Positions 48,391-55,898 of a DNA stretch of 64,000 nucleotides are shown here, piece by piece. Under the pieces are notes generated by a model, which worked only from the letters and a program-made list of their open reading frames with translations, ran no database searches and was not told where the DNA came from. Made by a program: the position numbers and the translations under genes. The DNA comes from a virus: positions 1 through 64,000 of the IMG/VR virus record IMGVR_UViG_3300035188_001379; one strand, written 5' to 3'. Every line of letters starts with the position of its first letter. Position 1 is the first letter of the stretch.

Positions 48391-49428
48391 ATGATCCTTA
48401 CACTAGATTTTAATAATAAGAATCAGTATAGGCGCTATCCTTTTAAACAGCATAGTGTATTGACCTCAACTACAGGGGATACACTTGCAGACGACATGAT
48501 AGTCAACTGTTCGGTGACTACTGTGTACGGACAGCACAGAGTGTATGTTAGCCAAATTTTTAAAAGTAAAAACACTGTGCGAATTTCTATAGCCTCTGTT
48601 TTTGATGACTCGCTACTCGGTGTTTTTGCTGGTACACTTAGTGGAGATTACACAACGCTAGATTTGACAGCCAGTGACAATTATTTGTCAGGCTCTCTGA
48701 CCCTAGGTCCAGTTAAAGCCTGGGAGCAAGCGCCACGAATATCTTTTTTTAACCCTGCGGCCACTGAGTTGGAAGAGTCCACACTATTTTGCTACGAAGC
48801 CCCAAAAGTAACATCTATTCTAGATAAAAAGCAACAGTCCCTTAGAGGTGTGGTACCCTACGGAGTACTTACAAATATTGAAAAGTACACAAATACAGGA
48901 CTTAAGCAGACCAATTTTGAGTCTACTGCACCGGCCTCTGTAACTACAATCGCAGACAAGTCATCTTTCTTAAACAACTGCGCTACACCAGTAATTAAAA
49001 ACATCAACGGAGTATTCCCGTTCCCTAAAGACGTCATACCTGACGAAAATGATGGTAACATATACCTCGTAGGCGTGCTGCCGATCACTTTCTACGGCAT
49101 TTCTATAACGGAAGGTGTGGTGAATACAGTCACAGAAGATATCACTATCGACAGTTTGTGTAGTTTGAAGAGTAAACTACTTCCCCCTATAAATATTTCT
49201 GGATTTACTTTAGATACTGAAGAGTTCAGAGACAAGTACTATAGTAAGCCGGCGTTTACTACTGCGCGCCCAAATGGCGTACCTCCACACTACAATGAGT
49301 ATATTCCAAAAAGGCTCGCAGCTAACTTTAACGTAACCACCCTACCAGAGTATTATTACTGGCCGCAGTTTGTGCAGCCTGATTACTACAGTCTCTGGTT
49401 CAACTACTCAGCGAATGTCATCATATAA
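48391..49428 (+). CDS. tail appendage paralog 3
   Basis: DFNNKNQYRRYPF, IKNINGV...PDENDGNIYL. Confidence 0.6.
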   Translation: MILTLDFNNKNQYRRYPFKQHSVLTSTTGDTLADDMIVNCSVTTVYGQHRVYVSQIFKSKNTVRISIASVFDDSLLGVFAGTLSGDYTTLDLTASDNYLSGSLTLGPVKAWEQAPRISFFNPAATELEESTLFCYEAPKVTSILDKKQQSLRGVVPYGVLTNIEKYTNTGLKQTNFESTAPASVTTIADKSSFLNNCATPVIKNINGVFPFPKDVIPDENDGNIYLVGVLPITFYGISITEGVVNTVTEDITIDSLCSLKSKLLPPINISGFTLDTEEFRDKYYSKPAFTTARPNGVPPHYNEYIPKRLAANFNVTTLPEYYYWPQFVQPDYYSLWFNYSANVII

Positions 49429-50128
49429 CGTACTAGAATGGCAGGATGAAAATAGCCTCACAAGCTACCCTCTCACAGAAGAGCTTGAAGTGCAAGGTGT
49501 GTTCGTGTCTGCAAACTTCATACAGTTCGATAATTTCGCTCCAGTTCTTAACGAGATATTTGTAGACAGTGACGCTATCAAGCTGAAAATAACTTTCGAT
49601 TTTGGTCAACATACAGAACTCAGCTTTTCTAAGCAACGCTATGCTATGGGTGAAGCGTATAGGTATCTGAGAATTTACACACCAGATAAATCAAGGTATT
49701 TAGGAGTAATTTCTTTTGGACGAGGAGCACAGACATTATGGACTGAGCATGTAGGCAGAAAGTTTGAATACAACCTTTCGTTTACTCCTTGCGCTGTACG
49801 TAGCGTATCTTCCAAAAGTGGGGTTTACCTTCTTGACGGGAGTTATGGCGATATCAAGATGGGTAGAACACAGAGAGACGTCACTATATTCTATAACATG
49901 TCCTCTGCAGCTAAAACAGTAACCTTTAACGCCGTCACAGGGCACAGCGTCGAACCGACAGATACTATAGGTTTGCGTAAAATTAACCTAGTTTCTCCTG
50001 TGAGGAATAACATCAATCTAGCCGCTAACGATGTAATTAAATTTACCCCTCAGAATGCGTCGGCTTTGTCTGTTGACCTAGTGGCTGGAGTGTCTCCTTC
50101 AGGCTTCAGTATTCCCACCCTGTTCTAA
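49415..50128 (+). CDS. tail appendage paralog 4
   Basis: ATG at 49415; EWQDENSLTSYPL, LRKINLVSPVRNNINL. Confidence 0.6.
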   Translation: MSSYNVLEWQDENSLTSYPLTEELEVQGVFVSANFIQFDNFAPVLNEIFVDSDAIKLKITFDFGQHTELSFSKQRYAMGEAYRYLRIYTPDKSRYLGVISFGRGAQTLWTEHVGRKFEYNLSFTPCAVRSVSSKSGVYLLDGSYGDIKMGRTQRDVTIFYNMSSAAKTVTFNAVTGHSVEPTDTIGLRKINLVSPVRNNINLAANDVIKFTPQNASALSVDLVAGVSPSGFSIPTLF

Positions 50129-50132
50129 TGTT

Positions 50133-50984
50133 ATGTACCAAGTAATTGATTGGCTGAACGAAAATGAGCTCAGAGCGTTTCCATTACTTTATAATGGTAC
50201 GCTTCCCTCTGACTTTTTACTAGACCTGCAGCTAATCTTTAAATCTCACGACATTGAGTTGTCTCCTATTTTTTTAAAAAGTTATAGGAAGGTCTCTAAC
50301 GATCTCGAGTTGGTTTTCGGCTCTTTAAATGAGAATATTTTTACTTTTACTCTTCCTTCTCCAGACACGCAAACTTACCCATATTATTTACGCGCAGCTA
50401 ATGGGTGTTTGGTTGTGTTTGGCGAAGGAGCAAAAACTATTTTTTCTTCGGCAACTAGCACAGCTGCAGTTGTAGAGCTGCCTACAGACCCGTCTGTTTG
50501 CTATCAGTTCAACAATGCGTGGTTAGGTGTATCCAGTATAGCCTGTACCCCAAATAAGCAAACCAGAACTAACTCTCACGCTCCTATATTACCACTAATC
50601 CCTGCCACATCTGCTCCTCTAGTCGGGGACATCACTTTCCTGGCAGGCTATAACTTTCGTGTAAACATTAACGACAATGCGATTGATTTAGAGATAGGGG
50701 GAGGCTATGGTTTAAAAATGGATTGCTCAACTTTCTTTTTAGAAGAAACTTTCCGGGATTGTAGTGATATTGTATCGTACATTAATGGTGTACCTCCTGA
50801 TGAACAGGGAAATTTTAGGTTGCTACAAGGAGCAGATATCAATATAGTTCCAGGAACAACCCTCACAGCTGACTTTGACGACCGCTTTCAACAGAAAGCT
50901 AACGAGCACTCTTTGTTTGTAGGTCTGTCATTCCAGCAAAATGACGTTTGTGCTCCTGTAAACCTAACACCTTCCTTATTATGA
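50133..50984 (+). CDS. tail appendage paralog 5
   Basis: DWLNENELRAFPL, VSYINGVPPDEQGNFRL. Confidence 0.6.
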   Translation: MYQVIDWLNENELRAFPLLYNGTLPSDFLLDLQLIFKSHDIELSPIFLKSYRKVSNDLELVFGSLNENIFTFTLPSPDTQTYPYYLRAANGCLVVFGEGAKTIFSSATSTAAVVELPTDPSVCYQFNNAWLGVSSIACTPNKQTRTNSHAPILPLIPATSAPLVGDITFLAGYNFRVNINDNAIDLEIGGGYGLKMDCSTFFLEETFRDCSDIVSYINGVPPDEQGNFRLLQGADINIVPGTTLTADFDDRFQQKANEHSLFVGLSFQQNDVCAPVNLTPSLL

Positions 50985-51307
50985 CCCCAACAAACCCTAG
51001 ACTCGTATTGACAAGTGTAAATCAGCTTATCAAATTGGTGCAGAATAACCCTGAGTTAAGCGCTAAACTTCCTAGGTTTTCTCAGATAGCCTCAATGACT
51101 GCCAGCACAGCACCTAAGAAGTCTTGCAATTGCGGAGGAAAAGTAAACGTAACTACCCCAGATAAGAATAAACAAGTCGCAGAGAACTTGCTCACATCCT
51201 TGACTCCTCAAGACTTTGTAACGATTAAAAATACTTTAAATTTGACAGAGTTGTGCTATTATAAGAGGTCAGCTGAAGCAGGGACCTTAACTCTTATTTG
51301 TGCTTAA
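50981..51307 (+). CDS. small Cys-containing hypothetical protein
   Basis: ATGA-coupled start at 50981; KKSCNCGG motif. Confidence 0.5.
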   Translation: MTPTNPRLVLTSVNQLIKLVQNNPELSAKLPRFSQIASMTASTAPKKSCNCGGKVNVTTPDKNKQVAENLLTSLTPQDFVTIKNTLNLTELCYYKRSAEAGTLTLICA

Positions 51308-51310
51308 TGT

Positions 51311-52024
51311 ATGGCAGATGAACCTGTATCCTACTTTTTCTCTCCAAATGTAAACGGAGAAGCTACCAGCGTGCCTAGAGTTGTCTCAGATAATACTGTG
51401 GCGCTGCAGTCATCTGTTATAAAAGCTAGGAACAGTCAGGCGCCTCTGCCGAATTCTTCTTTAACTATAGATAGTATCCCTGGAATACCCTTTGAGCGAG
51501 GGACACCTAACCCAGATCTCTTCTACCAAGGAGAGGATATCGTATACGACCTTTTCCTCTTTAATGGCGAGATCGTCACGTCTGATGATTATGACATCCT
51601 GGCGATACTTAAAACAAGCCCTAGGGCTTACACAGTGGCTTGGCAAGGCTCACTAGACTTAGGTATATACCCAGTAACTAACCAGTCAGGCTATTATGAG
51701 TTATGGATACCCTCCAATATAACTTCAAATCTTCTGGCTGGGACGTACTACTTAGATGTGTTGGTTCGCGAGAAAATGGGGGCAGGTAAAGGTAGGTTTG
51801 ATCGTAAGTATGTATTGGTGCAAACTAGCCTTAATATTGAGTATAGTAATTTCTCGCCAAGCCCAGAAACTTTGGCGAGCAACCCTTTAGCCTCAAAAAG
51901 AGGTGGTATAGAGCAGGTCTGGCCCAACCATCCCGACACGATAGGTAGGCGCTCGGGGCCGGATATTCCAGGATTCTCTGACCCTGCATGGAGCGCGGTA
52001 GACCCCACGCAAATTCAGCAATAA
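51311..52024 (+). CDS. Ig-like beta-sandwich virion protein (BppU-N-like, putative)
   Basis: FYQGEDIVYDL...GYYELWIPSNITSNLLAGTYYLDV. Confidence 0.5.
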   Translation: MADEPVSYFFSPNVNGEATSVPRVVSDNTVALQSSVIKARNSQAPLPNSSLTIDSIPGIPFERGTPNPDLFYQGEDIVYDLFLFNGEIVTSDDYDILAILKTSPRAYTVAWQGSLDLGIYPVTNQSGYYELWIPSNITSNLLAGTYYLDVLVREKMGAGKGRFDRKYVLVQTSLNIEYSNFSPSPETLASNPLASKRGGIEQVWPNHPDTIGRRSGPDIPGFSDPAWSAVDPTQIQQ

Positions 52025-52027
52025 TTT

Positions 52028-52117
52028 TGGTATAATAATTTGAGAGTAATTTGCTCTTTGATATATTTTTTAGCTGTTTACCCATACTTACAGTTTTAGC
52101 TGTTTTTATGGTATAAT
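52028..52117 (+). promoter_or_regulatory. tandem extended -10 promoters for tmRNA with a 12-nt direct repeat
   Basis: TGGTATAAT at 52028 and 52109; TTTTAGCTGTTT at 52068 and 52094. Confidence 0.5.
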
Positions 52118-52178
52118 ATCTTGCATAGCTTTAAATCGCTATCAGCGCACCATAGAGTCATTCAAAATATTGCACTTT

Positions 52179-52609
52179 GGGCCCGTACTGGTTTCGATCA
52201 AGAAGATGAGTCAAGTAATGCACGTCGAGGAAGTCTGGTTGGCCTCGTTAAAACATCTGGACAAAAACTAAACGCAAACGATCAATCGTTCGCTATGACG
52301 GTAGCTGAAGCTGACGCGCTCTTGAACTCTTTCGAGTTCGAAGCTGCTGAAGCCCTCGCTGCTTAGTCTGCCTGGTGTGGACACTACTAAAGCACTAGGA
52401 AACCGCAGTAGGTTGGGCTAGACTGTAAAGCCTTGTAGAAAAGTACAGCAAGAGCGACTACTTAGAAGTCGATCGGTTCTTACCATCCTAATAAGATGTG
52501 ATTGGTCGCTACATCCAAGACAGCCGTAATTGTCGCTATGTAGATAAACGTGTAGAGTTATTTGATAAAGCTGCTTGAGACAGGGGTTCGACTCCCCTCG
52601 GGTCCACCA
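52179..52609 (+). ncRNA. ssrA: tmRNA (one-piece), tag ANDQSFAMTVAEADALLNSFEFEAAEALAA*
   Basis: The 5' GGGCCCG pairs with CGGGTCC before ACCA and includes the G3.U Ala identity pair. T-arm AGGGG-TTCGACT-CCCCT. Resume codon GCA at 52274 after AAACTAAAC, stop at 52364-52366, tag ending in LAA. Confidence 0.95.
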
Positions 52610-52620
52610 ATTTGGGAATA

Positions 52621-52810
52621 CTCAGAGATAACATCCCTCTGCAGTACCCCCGGTACTGAGCTACAGGATATCGACAGTTGTTTTACTTTGTGAAGCTCAC
52701 GAGAGCCCTTTGTAAAACAATTCCTGTGCAATTTGGGTGGGTATGGGTACCCTTCCAGCGCTGGGCTGAGGTCCTCGCTGGAAGGGTTATACCTACACCT
52801 CTTTTTCTTT
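52621..52810 (+). ncRNA. structured 3' trailer or candidate small RNA ending in a long terminator hairpin
   Basis: Stems CAGAG/CTCTG, CAGTACC/GGTACTG, ACAGGA/TCCTGT, TTGTTTTAC/GTAAAACAA and ACCCTTCCAGCG/CGCTGGAAGGGT, then CTTTTTCTTT. Confidence 0.45.
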
Positions 52811-54088
52811 AGCTTCTTGTGGAACGATAGCCACATCGTGACATGTAAGCTGTACCATAGTCATGAGCTGTTTTACGTATTTTTCGTTGATGAACGGAAT
52901 ACCTAGACCTAGCGTTAAAAACAGCTTCCTGACACCTCGAGCAAACAGAAAACAACTGGTAAAGTATTTATCTTCCAGCTCAAACGGCACGGCATGTTCC
53001 TTGAAATAGACCATACCACACCATATAAAATCGTCTTCATTTTTTTTACGTATCTGCTTTATATCCAGTACAAAGTTTGTCAGTTGTTCTTCTCCGCTTT
53101 TTTTAACCAGATAATAGGCCTTATCTCTCTTAACGTACGTTCTTCCTTGTACGCTAAATTGTTCTTCTCGGCTACGCATCCAGAAGCTCATCAAATCTTG
53201 TCCTGTTCTTTTTTCTAGCTGTTGTACCTGCGAATGGTCTAGTGCGGTAATATGCTTACGCAAATCTTCGTCACCCTGCTTACCTAGCATCAGCTCTGCA
53301 ATATCTTCCGAAAATTTAGAATGCTCACTCTCACTCCATATCTTAATTAGTTGCTCTGTGCCTAGCAGCTCAGACAGTTTAACAGTGGAACTATTCCAAT
53401 AGTCGTTTTTACTATTCCATGTATTCCCTGGCTTTATTTTTAGCTCATTGATGTCTTTAACAATTTCTACGCCTGCTTTACCATACCAACCATATTCACC
53501 ATTCAGGAACAAAGTCTCTCTTTCATGTAAGCTTCCTAGCCTTGCAACCTCTAGCGAGCATATGTGCTTTGGTGAGCAAAACGTCGGAATAAGTAATGTT
53601 TTCTTGTACCTGTATTTGACGTCTAACTCTAGTAGTGGAAATGTTTTCACCACTCTCTCAGTCAAATACCCAAAACCGTTATGAATTAGCGCAGGCATAC
53701 CTAGCTCCTCAAGCATGGCTTTAAAATAGACCACTTTGTCGTTAAATCGTGCTCGAGTATTTTCTGCTTCCTGAAGGCTCATCAGCCACGCTGACTGATA
53801 CTGCATGATTTTTGTTTGATCTTTAAATAGCGATCGCTCTGCAAATTCAGAGTAAGCCAGTTTAAAGTCAAAACAGTCTGAAAAATCTCTACACAGTATC
53901 CTGTACAACTTTCTCCAGTCAGAAATAGGGAAAAAGTCAAAAATGTTTCCCACAAAATCGCTAGTCTTAGACTTAGCATACCAACCAAACAAAGGTACTC
54001 GCACAAAGTCATACTCTGAAGTGTTCGCTCCTAGCTTAGCGACCACCCCAGGCAGGTTGATTTTGCTGTTGATACTATTCAATAACAT
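52793..54088 (-). CDS. hypothetical protein, possibly a degenerate primase-like or DNA-binding protein
   Basis: 431-aa ORF; the N-terminus is shaped like a DnaG Zn-domain but lacks the Cys; no TOPRIM motif recognised. Confidence 0.45.
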   Translation of the reverse strand: MLLNSINSKINLPGVVAKLGANTSEYDFVRVPLFGWYAKSKTSDFVGNIFDFFPISDWRKLYRILCRDFSDCFDFKLAYSEFAERSLFKDQTKIMQYQSAWLMSLQEAENTRARFNDKVVYFKAMLEELGMPALIHNGFGYLTERVVKTFPLLELDVKYRYKKTLLIPTFCSPKHICSLEVARLGSLHERETLFLNGEYGWYGKAGVEIVKDINELKIKPGNTWNSKNDYWNSSTVKLSELLGTEQLIKIWSESEHSKFSEDIAELMLGKQGDEDLRKHITALDHSQVQQLEKRTGQDLMSFWMRSREEQFSVQGRTYVKRDKAYYLVKKSGEEQLTNFVLDIKQIRKKNEDDFIWCGMVYFKEHAVPFELEDKYFTSCFLFARGVRKLFLTLGLGIPFINEKYVKQLMTMVQLTCHDVAIVPQEAKEKEV

Positions 54089-54096
54089 AATATAAT
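54069..54096 (+). promoter_or_regulatory. sigma70-like promoter (leaderless) overlapping the start of the divergent gene
   Basis: TTGATA-16 nt-TATAAT; ATG begins 7 nt after the -10 element. Confidence 0.55.
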
Positions 54097-54102
54097 TACC
54101 AT

Positions 54103-55161
54103 ATGTCTATTTATAACTTTGATGCAAGCACAGATTACTCTGGCAAAGAATTATACTCTCTGTTGTCGGGAGCAGACCTCCCAGAATACGTAAAGACCGC
54201 AGAGTTATCTGATGTGAGCGATTTGTCTTCTCTCAATAAAGAAGCTTTCGCAGACCCATACAGAAGAATCTACCCAATCAACACTCCTGCTCGAGTGTAT
54301 GTGAGTAACGCCTACTTCATGAGCAAGCAGGCAGCGATCACCAAAACCTATGGGAAGGGCTATAGCGATAGCCTGCTCGCTAAGATCGCCCAAGCTGCAG
54401 AAATCCTGGATATCTCTGAAGACTTGGAAAACTACAACAACCGCTTTAATGAGAAGCAGGCAGCAGACTATGAAGAGCGTCACATGGTCGACTTCACGGT
54501 TGACGGCATGGAAACACCGGTGCAGCTGTACCCTGTGAAGACTGCAGAAGATCTAACCAAAGCTGCAGAAGATTTCACAAAGAATATTAAAAACTTTCCT
54601 TTCGCTATTCGTGTTAAGTCTGCTGAGAATTTTGTAAAGGCTGCCGAAGAGCTTGAGGTAACTGACCTGCCTGACTTGCTCTGCAAATACGCAGGCATGT
54701 ACTACCCTGATTTGGTCAACCTTGATTTTGAATTGTGGAGAAGAGGCACCAAACTCACAAAAGAAGCGCATAGTGAAATCTACAACCAAATCAGAGCTGA
54801 TCTAGGTAATATGCAGAGTATTGCTGAAGTCATGAAGGTTGCAGAGACCTGCTTCAACATTGAAAACATGGAAGGCCTTTATGATAATGTGAAAGTTGCC
54901 CAGATTCTGGGTGACCCTGTTGACATGATTTTCACTGAGCCTGTCACAAAAGTGGCAAGTGAGCTGAGTTTTGTTGAGGTACATGGCGACAAGTATAGGC
55001 TCGATGACCTGGTCAAGATCAGTAAAGATAAGTACGAAGAAGCGTTTGGTGATTGCGGGATAGACCCTGCTGATCCAGAAAAGATCGCAGACATCCTTCC
55101 TACGATGCCTAGAAGTGACGTTAAGCTTCTAGAGGAGCTGACAGGGCTGCGCCCGATCTAG
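54103..55161 (+). CDS. K-x-A-rich putative head protein outside the head module
   Basis: About 15 K-x-A motifs in 352 aa. Confidence 0.65.
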   Translation: MSIYNFDASTDYSGKELYSLLSGADLPEYVKTAELSDVSDLSSLNKEAFADPYRRIYPINTPARVYVSNAYFMSKQAAITKTYGKGYSDSLLAKIAQAAEILDISEDLENYNNRFNEKQAADYEERHMVDFTVDGMETPVQLYPVKTAEDLTKAAEDFTKNIKNFPFAIRVKSAENFVKAAEELEVTDLPDLLCKYAGMYYPDLVNLDFELWRRGTKLTKEAHSEIYNQIRADLGNMQSIAEVMKVAETCFNIENMEGLYDNVKVAQILGDPVDMIFTEPVTKVASELSFVEVHGDKYRLDDLVKISKDKYEEAFGDCGIDPADPEKIADILPTMPRSDVKLLEELTGLRPI

Positions 55162-55171
55162 TGAGTGCCTC

Positions 55172-55215
55172 GTAACTTCCGGGGTAACTTCCTGGGTAAC
55201 TTCCGGGGTTTTTTT
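55172..55215 (+). repeat. three tandem 12-mers GTAACTTCC(G/T)GG followed by a T-tract; likely terminator
   Basis: Units at 55172, 55184 and 55196, then G and a run of T. Confidence 0.8.
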
Positions 55216-55251
55216 GTTTGCACTCTACAGTTTAGCAGCTAGCCTCATCCT

Positions 55252-55353
55252 ATGTGCTACGAACCACCAAACAATTCGAAACCAGATCTAGACGGAGCAG
55301 TAGTATGGTTAATCTTTCTCGCGATTGTATTAGCCATATGTAAGGTCCTATGA
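55252..55353 (+). CDS. 33-aa single-pass membrane peptide (absent from the ORF track)
   Basis: MCYEPPNNSKPDLDGAVVWLIFLAIVLAICKVL*; ATGA overlap with the next gene. Confidence 0.5.
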   Translation: MCYEPPNNSKPDLDGAVVWLIFLAIVLAICKVL

Positions 55354-55898
55354 AAACGATCAAGCAAATTCTTCAAGATGAAAAAGCTCCGATCACTGCT
55401 CTGCTTTACGCGATAACTAAAGAGTATGGCAGTGAATGCTATTCTTGGGAGCCTCTAGTGCTTAAAGCAGAGCTGCAGAAAGACTATAGCTGTGAGCTCT
55501 CAGATTTACAGTCAGACAAAATTCAGGCAGGAATCACGCTGCTCACTACTGAGCAGTATGAAACCAACATTGCTGTATTTGAGACAATAAATTATTTACT
55601 CAATCATCAGCCTGATAACATCGAAGAGTTCAATCCTCTCGAGCCCGAAGAATTGATCTGCGGGCTTACCGAAGCGTACATTATCAAAGCTGAAGAAATC
55701 AGCTTCAGTCCTGAGGTACGCGTGTACGCAGGACTCATATTCAGAGATTACGGAATGCATCGTCCTCCCAAGCTATTTCCCAAAGCTATCATGGAAGAAC
55801 GCGATGGAAATGATGATGAGAAGAACGAAGCCCTTCAAGAAATATTCGACGAAAAACTCAAACTAGTTGAGCAGTATCTTAAAAAATGCATCCACTAA
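55350..55898 (+). CDS. acidic helical hypothetical protein
   Basis: 182-aa ORF. Confidence 0.6.
   Translation: MKTIKQILQDEKAPITALLYAITKEYGSECYSWEPLVLKAELQKDYSCELSDLQSDKIQAGITLLTTEQYETNIAVFETINYLLNHQPDNIEEFNPLEPEELICGLTEAYIIKAEEISFSPEVRVYAGLIFRDYGMHRPPKLFPKAIMEERDGNDDEKNEALQEIFDEKLKLVEQYLKKCIH

Noticed and set aside
52121-52366. 81-aa TTG-initiated ORF from the track
   Set aside because: It is the tmRNA tag frame extended upstream through the tRNA-like domain; the real reading frame resumes at 52274.
52179-52609. tmRNA as a host chromosomal integration site (prophage boundary)
   Set aside because: Phage genes lie on both sides (tail genes to the left, terminase and a K-x-A protein to the right). 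I saw no integrase, host genes or duplicated 3' att segment in the window.
55172-55207. CRISPR mini-array
   Set aside because: The units are 12 nt, directly abutting, with no spacers and no cas genes.
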